Positions 27,980 through 44,471 of a stretch of DNA of 64,000 nt are shown here, in pieces. Under the pieces are notes generated by a model. That model saw nothing but the letters and a program-made list of their open reading frames with translations, had not been told where the DNA came from and did not search any database. Within the stretch, counting starts at the first letter, position 1. Each line of letters opens with the position of its first letter. The stretch is from Ministeria vibrans ATCC 50519. Its lineage: Eukaryota > Protista > Filasterea. The position numbers were made by a program, and so were the translations under genes. The stretch spans positions 75,778-139,777 of the forward strand of contig CALSCP010000388.1 of NCBI GenBank assembly GCA_943704425.1, given 5' to 3'.

Positions 27980-30900
27980 TTATGCACTCAGAGCACACTC
28001 AATGATCGCGCGGAGAATACGCTCATGGCCATCATGTTCGGAGGACATCGGCTTCCCGAGTGCGGCGCCTGCTGTGCACAGGGTGCGCTGGAAGGCAGCC
28101 ACGAGGGTGTCGCGCAACAGCCACCGCACAAGCAACGCGTATGGTGAGCCTCCTTTACACGACTCGTCACCGGCGCCGCTCGACACACCACTATTTGCCT
28201 GTTCACCACCCAATGCCCGCTCCATTTCCTTGCGCTCCATGTCAAGCCAGTTGTCAAAAAGAGATGTGTCCTGCTCGCCCGTGTACGGCGAGAAGAAGTC
28301 ACTGCGCTCAAAGGCAAAGTCAAAATCGACTGGTGCAATAAGCTGCCCGGCCTCCGTCGTCTGTTGCAGCACCACAAAATTGTTGGGGTGTGCATTGCAG
28401 TGGGGCTCGACGGGCGAATGATCAAAGAAAGTGCCCCAGTTGATGGACTCGCGCTGGAGCGCACCCAGCACAAGAGCCACCTCTGTCCCAAGACGACTCA
28501 TGAGAGACACCAGTGCCACGGTGACGGAGAGTGCGTCGTGGCGTGCGGTGATGGTGGGAAACATGAGGGACACGGCGGGTGCCAGAGCACATCGCAATAG
28601 CAGCACAGAGTGGTGAAGATCAGGATTGTCGTCGCTCATGCTGCAGTGCGCGTCGACGGGTTGCGCACGGGAGTCGGCACGTCCCGTTGAGCAGGCACTC
28701 CACGTTGGTGCCATAGTGCCGTCCTCATTGACGACGCGCGTACTCTCCGTGCTGTCACAGTGCCGACGAATAGCACTGGCAAGAGCGTCCAACTGTGACT
28801 GCGAAGGAGGCACACGAGTGAGAAGGAGCCGTTCGAGTCCACCGAGCAGGTCGGCATCAAGTCGTCGCTCACCGACCGTCTCAAAGATCCCACAGCAGGG
28901 ACGTGCGTCCCCCGCAAGACCTGCAAGCAACGAGGAAGAGTCCCCGTCAAAGTCATAGCGCCATTGACCTACAGAGCGGTTTCCAGCAATCATGTGCAGA
29001 GGCTTGAGCACGCGCGCGACACGCTCGGTCATGGCAAGCTCGCGTTCGACAGTCGACGGAAACTGAGAGCCACGCAACTCGGTGCCGTCGAGAAGTGCCT
29101 GGAACGGCATGCCAGGGAAAGAGAAGGTACACAGAGGAGGGGCAGCACAGCCAACAAAGTTGCCGCAGCCCTTGAGGCGGAGGTATACGTCGGTGCCGTC
29201 GGATGTGGAGATGGGCATGACGGCAGAGCGATCGCCGGAGCGCCACGCCCAGCGAGCGCCCGCAGGAACCTTGAGCAGTGGCTCAGCGAGTAGGTGCGCG
29301 TAAGCAATGGGAAACCCTTGAGGTTCCGACGACGCAGACGGAGGGTGTGGAAGAAAGTCTGCTGAGGGCACACAAGGAAGGTAGAGGGAAGACCCTTTAT
29401 GAGATAACGGCTGAAGGCGCGAGTGCGCTGCAATGCGTGCTGCCTTTGACACGCGCGCAAGAGACGCCACAAGCGAGGTACCATCCGACACGATGGGTGA
29501 AGCAGCGGTCTTTGGAGGCGGGGACTGGGCGTCGTTGATGTTGTGTGTGGGAAGCGAGAGGGAGGAGGGAGCGACGAGCGAGTCGGGCTGATGGGGCATA
29601 GCGACACCCGAGACGGGTGCAAGGAAGACGCGTTGGTGTGCGCCGCGACTGAAGAAGAGCGCGCTCTTTGACGACACTTGAACTGGCGAGTCCATCGGAG
29701 AACTGGCGCAGCTACAGAACATGCACGTTGGATTGGGGTCGACACAATAGGAGAAGCACTCGTGTGAGGCAAGGTCCATTTTGGTCCAGTGTGGCAGCGC
29801 AGGGGCAGAATTGTCATAGCCGTCGACAAAGAGCGACTGGAGCCAGACTGAGATGGCTGCACCTGCGCCGGCGGTGCAGGAAAGGACGGTGGAGCCCACG
29901 GAGGCGGTGGGAACGGCAGAAGAGGCGTCGTGTGCAGGCATCAAGTGGGCAATACTGGAGTGCTCCAGGATGTGCTGGGGGGTGAGCGTACTCAGGGGAA
30001 TGGTGGTAGAAGTGCGCGAATCGACGTTGTTGCAAGCAAAGCAAGGTTGGCGCGAAGGGCGAGGGAACACGTCGGAGACCCACGCGAGTGCCCAGGAAGA
30101 GGCAGAGAGATAGGAGAGATTTAGACGGGTACAGAGTGACGAGATGGCCAAGTCGTACGTGGCGCCCACATCGACGGCATTGAAGATGCAGGTGGCACGC
30201 TGGGCAAGACGCGTCACCAGGTCAAACTGGGTCACTACATTTGCATGGTACGCTTCGATGGTGGGTGTGGTGGCAACGCGATGGGTGTGTACGAGGGTTT
30301 CACGGGCGGCGTCTACTTTGCGCTGGCCAAGGTGGCGCTGGTGGAAGAGCACCTGTCGGTTGAGATTGGAGGCATCCACGGTGTCACAATCAACTAACAT
30401 GAGGTGGCCAATGCCCAAGCGGCACAAGTGCAGTGCAGCGGCACACCCAATGCCGCCCACGCCAAGCAGTAGGACACTTTGGCCGGCGAGCGTGTCCTGG
30501 CGCCACTTGTCGACGGCCGATTGACGCGAGAACACTTCGGAGACGGACGCAGATAGTGTTGGGCAATCGGAAGAGGAGGAGGAGGACAAAGGAGGGGAAA
30601 CGGGCGGGTGGAAGAGGGGTCGCATTGCGTCGAGAACATCGAGCAGTTGCGGGAGAAGGTCAATATCGCTGTCGGAGGCGCGCACAAAGGCAGCGGTGCG
30701 CTCAATCCAATTGATCATGCGTACTTGGTCCGCCGGCGCAGTATGGTGGAGGGCGTCGAGATCGCGCAGAAGCACAAGGTCGCGCGAGCGGAGTGCAGCG
30801 GGTGGGTTGTACGACTCGAGCCATTGCAAGAGGCCGGGAAGGGAGAGGTCGCCGCAGTCGGTGTGTGCGACGGCATCGAAGGTAGTCAGTAGCGCATGCA

Positions 30901-31829
30901 GGTGATTGCCAAGGAACCAACGGCGCACCGAGGTAGTGCCACAGAGAGCCTGTCGAATGAGCAAGATACTTTTGCTGAAGACCTCGTGGTAGCGCAATGA
31001 TCGGTGTGTAAGAGCGAGGTCACAGTCGTAAAGACAGTCGTCCTTGTCGGCATTTTCGCCATTTGAGGGTGCATTTATTGCAGCTGCTGCACGATCTAAT
31101 CGTTCTTGGCGACGTCTATTTTCATGATGGACGCCCACAGAGACGGCGAGCGTGTCGAGGCGCGCGGGAGAGGAAGAAGAGGCAACGGCAAGGATGGGCG
31201 CATTGAAACTGTCGAAGAGGAGAATCTCAATGGAGCCTGCCAGTGGCACATTGACGAGAACGCTGACCCAGTGATCGACGACGCCCAGCAAGAATGCGCG
31301 CGTCGAGCGCCTCTCCGCTACGCCCAGGTCGATCATGACTTTCTCAACGTCCTTGACGTCTGCTGCGCTGTGCATTTCGACCAAGGCAGTCATCGGCACA
31401 AAGGAGACTGCCTGGATAGCCTGCTCAACATGACTTCGTTCAAAAATGCATTCCTCAAGCGTGGCGCACTCGCGTTCCGCCTCCGTCTCGTGTGGTGCGA
31501 TGGTTGTTTTGAGCCGTCGACAAAACTCGCCAAAGCCGTCCGTTCCATCGCCATTCTCCTCGCCACGCAATCGTGCCAGAGCCTGCGCATTTCCCATGGC
31601 TGCCTGGTAGCACAGGGTCGCATTGTAGATTGCATGGTAGCCGCAGTTTCTGTCCTGAGGCGGGCGCGGCCGGTGAGAAGACAAGATGGTCGAGCAGAGA
31701 GTGGAGGAGAGAGTTTACCTTCGAATTTTGAGCCCGCACTGCGATTTGCGCAGTCACCACGTTGTGTGCGTGATCATGTTCGACAAACACAGCGCGGTCG
31801 ATAAGCTTGGGAAGGACATTTTCCGTCAT
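27980..31829 (-). CDS. Multidomain protein (about 1261 aa): papain-like Cys peptidase + ThiF/MoeB/E1-like adenylation domain + SelO-like kinase-fold domain
   Basis: Exon 1 31829-31719, exon 2 31654-27980. Peptidase motifs QNSKDRNCGYHAIYNA / DHWVSV / LFDSFN. E1 motifs GVGGIG, VDCDTVDASNLNRQ, CFAC and CMFC. SelO-like motifs GDRSA, LRLKGCG, VERELAMTE, HCNAHPNNF, VDFD. Confidence 0.85.
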
Positions 31830-32523
31830 TTCTTCAAAAATATTAAAATTAATGGGTGTTCCGTACTTCCGTGTTCCAGATGGCTGGTGACTAAACATCA
31901 CGAAACAGGCCAACGCGTCATTCAAAGATCAACAGGCAAGTGAGGCAACAGCGAAGTCACTCAAGTCAGCGATCAGTTAACACTCAAATGCTAGTGCCAT
32001 GCCACTGTGCCCTTGCCGAACAAGAAGAATTTGAAATAAATAACAGAACTGCAGACCCTTTTCGCCCGAAACGGCACAGTCTGCCTCTAGAGAGGTCTAT
32101 ACGCTTATTATAGACAATAATCTGGTCCCAATCGTTTACGACAGACCATTGGCTCAGCGGACGGGCTTTGCAATTGTATTTACTTTTCTTTTGCGAAACA
32201 GTTTCGCGCCCCACGCGCCTTGGTGCTGGTTAATCGTTCAAACGTTGGTGGTCCAAAGTGTAGTTGTACAACGTAGTACCCAGATCGGACAATTTGAAGG
32301 TCGTTCAAGTGTCCGATCCCCGGTTGCGCCGTTGCGGTTGCGTACGGATCTAACTGGAACGGATTTTTTTGCGACAGGAATAAGGCGCGACCGAAGTCCA
32401 AACTCCAATCACCAATGAACTTGGTCCAAAACATTCTTATTCACCTTCCTGCTCGCGCCACCTTTATTTCCATTGCCTTTTGTGCCTTCACATCCCTACC
32501 CTCAGAGAGCCATCATTAACGCC

Positions 32524-32615
32524 ATGCCTGAGAAAAAGAAGACCACACGCAAAGTTGTGGCAGCCTGCGTTGCTTGCCGCGAGAAGAAAATCAAATGCGA
32601 CGGATCGAGACCATG
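32524..32615 (+). CDS. First exon of a Zn(II)2Cys6 (GAL4-type) transcription factor; remainder absent
   Basis: MPEKKKTTRKVVAACVACREKKIKCDGSRPC|gtaagc fits C-x2-C-x6-C-x5-C; the intron runs into the N-gap. Confidence 0.8.
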
Positions 32616-33078
32616 GTAAGCACCGTTGCGCAGCGTCGATCCATGCATCGCCGGTTGCAGACCACTCAGGGTCGTTTGCGGCGGCCGCCCCTTTCTGTGA
32701 GCGTAATGCGTTATCGAGCGGGGGAGCCGTCGGAAGACGTCGTTGTGTCACCCGACACGCTCGAACCCGTCCGACAGCTTCCCTCCACCCTCCGGGGCTC
32801 CCTAGCACGACAGTTGTACCCATGTCGCACCGCCGCAGTCGCGTGCGATCGTTGGGCGCAAAAGCAGACCCATTTGGAATGAGTCAGTTCGATACGATTC
32901 TCTCCTGTGTGGCTCGTGCAAAAAACCTGTTCTTTGTTTCGCTCCCGCTTGTCTCAGTCACCGTATCATATGCTGTTTAATCACTTTTCCGTGCGCCGAT
33001 TCGCAATCAGTGGCAATTTTCCTTATCTCGGTCCGTTGTCTCACTTTTTTTTTTTTTTATCGTTTTTTTTTTTCTCCC

Positions 33079-33088
33079 NNNNNNNNNN
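33079..33088. other. Assembly gap (Ns) within a T-rich tract
   Basis: N run. Confidence 1.
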
Positions 33089-33128
33089 TTTTTTTCGCTC
33101 TGTCTCTCTCTCTCTCTTTCTTCTCCAG

Positions 33129-38168
<5,040 letters not shown>

Positions 38169-38237
38169 CGAGACTTTATACAAACACAATACAATACAGT
38201 ATATTTTCATATCGTTACAACCCAATGATTATTGTGA

Positions 38238-39451
38238 TTAGGAATCGTTGAGAAGCGAGTCAGCGAGCGCCTTGTTAACCTCGTGGTGAGACATCGGAGA
38301 GTGAACGCGAACCGAGACAGAACCAGAGGGGAGAGAGAGCACTTGAACCCAGTGAGGCACACGGCGGGCAAGGTCATGAACAAGGTGGCGGGCGCGGGCA
38401 GCAGCAGCGACTGCGGCCGAGCCCGTCTTCTGCTGCGTTGCCACAACGGCCTGCACTACACTCTCGAGGTCGACGCCGCGCGCTTCGCTGCACGTCTTGT
38501 GGACGATCACTTGAATACACGCGCGGTACTCGATTTGACGCGCACTTGCTTGCGCCTCCTAAACACATTTTGAGTGAGATATGAGTGGGAGAGTGATGTG
38601 AGTAAGTGATTGTGTGTGTGTGTGGGTGTGGGTGGGTGGGTGTAAGTTGAACTTACGGGAGTGTTCATACTGTCAAGCTCGCGCTGAAACGATCGTTGTT
38701 TGCGCGCAACCTAAATAGAAAATCAAGTGTGTCAGAGAACGAGACAGAGAACATGATCAAAGTAGTAAAGAAGTAACCTTTTCGAGAAGCTTTGCGGAGA
38801 GTGACGTTCCAGGACGTTTTTTAATGACGGGAGGAGGAGAGAGAGTCTAAGGAAGAGTGCGTGAGCCCAATCGAGAGGAGGGAGAGGGAGAAACAGAAGA
38901 AGAAAGAAAAAGAGATCAATTTACCTCGGGTGAGTCTGCAGCAGTCTGTTCAAGAGCAGCTTTGGTCTAGAAAGGAAGGAAGCAAGTTCTGAGTATGATG
39001 CGTGCGTGTGTGTCTCTCTCGGTGTGTACTGCTGGCGAGAAGGCACAGTCTGAGCGGAGGAGAGACTTTGCCGTGACTGGAAGAGCCTTCTGTAGATGAG
39101 GGAGGGTCGCCAGTGGGACTAGAGCGTCTTGCTATGTTGTGTGAGGTGTTAGTGTGTGGGTGTGTGTCCCGCTTCTCTTTGTGCCTTACCTGAAGGAATT
39201 CCGGATCCCAGCCATTCAGCTCGAGAGTCGTCTCCAAAAATTGCTATTATAAGACAAAAATGAGATGGAGAGAGACAAACGCTGAAGTCATACCGTTTGG
39301 TGGGCACGCGCAATGGCCAATAAATTCGCATTGAAAATGTGAAGTCGATTGCGCAACATTGAATGGGACACTGCATGAGTAATAGTAAAAGTGAGCCAAC
39401 GCAGAGATAAAGAGAGCCATACAGACAAGACAGAGACAGAGACTGACAGAG

Positions 39452-39499
<48 letters not shown>

Positions 39500-40662
39500 C
39501 CCTGATCGGATGGGGAGATGGGGGCGGTGGAGGGAGCCATGTCTGCGGCCTCTGACATGATGCAGTGAAGTATGAGATCGTAGCCCAGTTGCGCCCGCAG
39601 GTGGTTCAACGCCTTGCCCTCGTTGGTGCTCTGACTACCCTCTGTCGTGCTCTACGTTGCAGAAGGGTTGTTGTTGTGAGCAAATAAGGGTGTGTGTATG
39701 TGTGTTTGGGGGTACCAATTCAAAGGCGTATGCTTCCGGGTACACATGCGCGATTTTCGCAAGCACTCGGAGATCAAAGTCTCTTTTGGCAGTATGTGCA
39801 ACATTTTCGCACACAATCGTGTAAGTGCTTCCACGAGACTGCATTTTGCGATAGCAAACAACAGTCTCGAGTGCAGCAAACACATCGTACAACGCTTGGT
39901 ATTTAGGTGGCAGTCGCACTGTCGCTGTCTGCGCGAGAACGTGCGCGTAGCTGGCAACTGGAGACGGAATGACGACTGTCTTGCACGGTTCCGCGCTGAC
40001 CGATGGAGCCACAAGCGGCAGAGGGGCAATGGGGTCTGAGCGAGCCGGCGTTTCTGCTTGGACGGCCTCCAGCTGCGGCTGTGGCGGTGGCGGTGGCGGT
40101 GCGGCCGGACGACGGCGTTCGACACGGAGCACACGTCGTCGACGAGGAGGGCTGCGTCTGTCGGTGACAACGGTGGGCGGAGAGGGCTCTCGAAGGTCGC
40201 TTGAGGCGTTTGCCGGTTTTGATGCGAAAAGCCGACTTTGAAAAGCGCTTGCCTCCTTTGGCGTCTCCGCAGAGCCCGAAGAGCGTGTTGAGCGCGTGGA
40301 TCTGGTCTTTCTGGGAGGATCCTCTTCCGTGTCGCTTAAAACTGCGGCAATTGGGCGCTTGTGTGACTACACAGGCGAAACCGACAGGTGTTGATTTTTT
40401 ATTTTTTTTTGTATGTTTGCAAATTTCGCAAATGTCTCTTCTCAGCAGACCATCTTCTTCTCTACGCATGTGTACGTACCAATTGCGGGCCGATAGAGGC
40501 CACCAAGCGAGCTGGAGCGGCCCCCGCCTTCGCAGCAGCCGCATCGTGCGCTCCCGGCAAATGGCGCGCTCCCGGCAAATGGCGCGTAGTCGGCAAATGG
40601 CGCGCCAATGCTTCACGAACCATTTTCTCGCCGCGGCTCGTGCTGCGAACTTTAGGTGGCAT
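38238..40662 (-). CDS. CDT1: DNA replication licensing factor Cdt1
   Basis: LPPKYQALYDVFAALETVV...FDLRVLAKIAHVYPEAYAF (geminin-binding domain), middle RLHIFNANLLAIARAHQ, C-terminal LARRVPHWVQV; multi-exon model in frame from ATG 40662. Confidence 0.85.
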
Positions 40663-40788
40663 TCCTGGGCAACAGTGTCGAGAGAGGAAGCGAGAAGGCT
40701 CAAGAAAAATTGAAAATACAAAAAATAAATAATTTCAAAGTTCAGTTTACTCATTGAAATAATACAATGTTAATCATCTTGCTCTCTT

Positions 40789-43700
40789 TTACAACACGGA
40801 CTCGTTGTTATTGGGGCGGTCAAGTTCAGTATGCTCGGCTGCCAGAAGCTGATCGAGTTCGCCGGCGGACGATTCCAACACGGAATCATAGCGACTCTCA
40901 AGCTCGGTCTCGTGCAATTTGGGCCGGTACGGAAGCACGGCGGAGCCATCGGACTCACTGAGTTGCGTGAGGGTGTGTCGACGGCTCGACAACGCCGACA
41001 ACGCCACGTCATCTTGGGGCGTCTTCTGGCGGTGCGCAGGAACGGTGATGAGCTCTCCGTCGCGCGTGAACGAAGCGTCGCGCTGCCTGCCAATGGTTGA
41101 GACAGGCGGATCCCACACAATGGCAGTGGGTTCGGTGACATGAAGGACCTGACCTGGCAGAGGCCAGTGGCGAGGCGGCATGGTTGTCATGGAAGACGAT
41201 CTGGCGTCGAGCACGGGATGTTGCTGCCGTTGCAGAGTCTCCTTCTCTTGCAGCATCTCCATATCAAACTCGCGCTGTGCCCGCTCATAGAGCAGCTGAG
41301 TCCCGCGGTCGACGTCGATGGACTCATCCCAGGCAGTGGATTCGGATGCGGAGCGGGTGGATAAGGAGGAGAGCGACGGATGAACCTGAGCGGCGCGCAG
41401 ACCTTTCCAATGGTTTGCGACGCCAGCGGTGCGTGCGCGACGACGTTGCTGCTCGCGCAGCTGCACGATATACGGTTCATCACTGAGCGCGAGAAACGCC
41501 GCAAACGTGTATCCCTCCATGGGATTGCCGATATGGCGGTTGGGCAGTCGCTTTTCGGCGCGCACACCACATACAATGGCCAGGAAGTAGACAACGGCCA
41601 GAATGAAGAGACAGAACCACACGACGCTGATGGAGACGTTGAGGGAGTCGCAGACGACGCCGGCCAAGTAGTACACGTCGGCATTGAGAAGACCGCAGGC
41701 GAGGGAGCGGGCAAGGATGCTGGAGACGGCAGAGTGTAGGGCAGAGAGGCGAACGGTGACGAGGGACGCGACGAAGGCGACGGCATGGGCGGGCACGAGA
41801 GACGCGCTATGGTTGGTGAGGAAGGAGCCGGTGAGAGTGAGTAGCTGCTGGTCGTCGGTGGTGCGCGTGAGGGCACTGAGTGTGTCATTGAGGGCCGTGT
41901 GTGCGTCGAGGAGGTCCGTTGCGTTGTGCTGCAGTGAGGTGTAGAGGGGCATGAGGGATGCGTCGAGATCGGCGAGGAATGCAGTGAGATTGGTCTGCAG
42001 CTGGGCGTCGGTGGTGGTGGAGGCGAGGGAGACGAGGGAGGCAGATGCATTGCGGAGGGAGGCAGTGAGGCGGGCGTGGTCGGTGGCGGAAGCGAGGGTA
42101 GGCCACAAGGGGTGGTGAAGGGCCGGGTGTGCCGAGAGGGCACTGGCGTTGAGCAGCACGGCGAGAAACGGGGCCGTGTCAAGGGCAGTATTATTGAGGG
42201 GAGTGAGAGTGATGGCGGCGAAGTGAGACTCGATAAGGGAAGACGTGTTGAAAAGCCGCGAGTAGTTTGCGGTAGGACGGAGAAGGGCGAGGGCGTCGGA
42301 GTTGGCGTTGTGCAGAGCCAACGCATCGAGGAGGGTGTCGCCCGCAGAGTTGACAGGCGTGTCGAGGACGCTTGTGTCGGCGGCACAAGCGTCAATGAGG
42401 TGGAGGAGGTTGATGGGGATGGCGGAGGCATTTCCGGTGGTGGTGAAGGAGACGTTGCGTGTGAGGAGCGGCGCATAGACACGACATGACTCGTTGGACA
42501 CAGCGCCCACAGACCAGTGTGCGGCAAAGAGGATCCATACGGCGATGGAAAGGAGGAAGCAGGCGTGCACGAGGCATCCTGGTCCACCGTCGCGGTAGCG
42601 CACCGTGTCGCATGCGGCGTAGGCAAAGCTCAGGAGAGTTGCAACAAAGACGACAGCACACGCGTAGAAGCGGTACTGTTCGTAGCGACTGTACTCGTCG
42701 TACGTGTCAAGCGTGTCCCCTTCAAACAGAAATAATAATAATAGGAAGAAGAAAAAGAAGAATACAACCCAGTTATTCATGATACAGTCACAATAAGACA
42801 TTGCATAATAATAATAATTATAAGCGTATTATTGTTACTATGGCGTTATACGTACCACTAATGTCGTCAACCTGAGTGCGGAGTTGGTCGAGCTGCTGTG
42901 AGACGTCGGCGGTGGCAGAGATGAAGGAGGCGGTGTCCAAGGCTCTGTGGAGGGCAGTAGTAAGGTTGGTGAGAGCTGTGGCAATGGGATGGGCCAGGGC
43001 GTCACGTGCGAGGGTCAAATTGGTGTGCAGGGGCCCGATGGGAGTTATATCGAGCTGAGCAAGAGGAAGGGAAAGAGCATTGAGGGACATGCGAGACGAC
43101 GAGAGGTTGTCGCTTGTAAATGGGATCGATGGGTGACGAAGGGTACTTGTGGCTTGCTCGAGCACCGCCAGGGTGGCATTATCACTTGTGTTGTTTGCAA
43201 GAAGTGCCAAGCGATCGCCGAATGCGCTGGAAAGAGCGGTAAGGAGGATGAGAGAGTTATTAAGGCTGGGCATAAGGTCGTTGGTGAGACGTGTGAGGCT
43301 CTCCTGCGAAGTGTTTGTTGTGGCCTGGAGCTGTTCGCCAGCAGCTATGAGATTGCTTGTGGGTTCCATGAAGGGCGCAAGAGGACCGTCGGCACTGAAC
43401 AAAGGCAGCGTATTGAGCAGAGAGACGACCGTGTCTGCGGACGATGCATAGAGACGACCCATTGTCACAATGGACGTGTCGGCGTTGTTTACAAAGCTGC
43501 TCACGTCCGAAAAAATACCCTCGATGCCGTCGCGAGCATACGACACATTATTGGAGGTGTCTGTGTTGTAGCCGAGACCGATCGTGGCGAACACAAAGGC
43601 GGCTGCCGTAAGCAGCAGCAGAGACCAGAAGGCCAGTTGGATCTCGCGTCGCGTGTAGCCGCGAGGACGAGGCCGATTGCCGCCGCACCAGCCTTGGCCA

Positions 43701-44366
43701 TCGATGTGGTCGGAGGTGTAGCGACGGCACAGGAAGAAGGTGGGATAGGCAACCGCATAAACAATCGCAAGCGCCAGCGCAAGACCCGCCACTGCCGCCA
43801 CTGGGGCTGCAAACGACACGATGCGCGACGAGCTACTAAACAACTCACTGTAGTCCTCTAGCTTCGCTATGGGCAGGCGTTCCGTGTCCCAAAGGAGAGA
43901 CTGTGAGTGACAGGGAAAGTTCAATTTGTGTCAGAGGAACAACGTTTCACAGTTTCGCTTGCAATTGCGCTTTCTTTTACCATAAGGTTGTTCGCTCCGC
44001 GACCCAACTCGCCAGCCCATCCGCCTGCATAAAGCTAGAGAAAGCGAAGCAGCAATGAAGGGCAGGAAGAGTGAACGGGATATTTTGACGTCGTAGTGAT
44101 GTCACGTACGGGCAGGGACTCATCGACCACCGACACGGGCTGGCTGGGGAAGCGGACCGCTTGCTGGAACAGCAAATGCCGTTGACCCACGACTGTGGCG
44201 TCTGGAGAAGGGTTGATCAGCGCAATGCGCGATGCGCAGAACCAGATCAGAACGAACACTCACCTGAAGAATCATCTATCACTCTCTCTCCGTTCGTCGA
44301 TACCGCCATCACTGCATCCAAACCACACAACACATATACCACGGCTACCAGTAACCCCCGAGGCAT
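40789..44366 (-). CDS. Prominin-like five-pass membrane glycoprotein
   Basis: Signal peptide MPRGLLVAVVYVLCGLDA; five TM segments; Cys/CGG after TM1; two large N-glycosylated helical loops; YEQYRFY and CDSLNVSISVVWFCL positioned as in prominins. Confidence 0.72.
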
Positions 44367-44471
44367 TGCGTGATGCGTCGTGCAAGCAAGAAGCTGTAAA
44401 GATAAAATATTACTGATTAGTTATTCGACAATCAAATCGAAAGTCGAAACTAACTTTTTTTTTCTTTCGTA

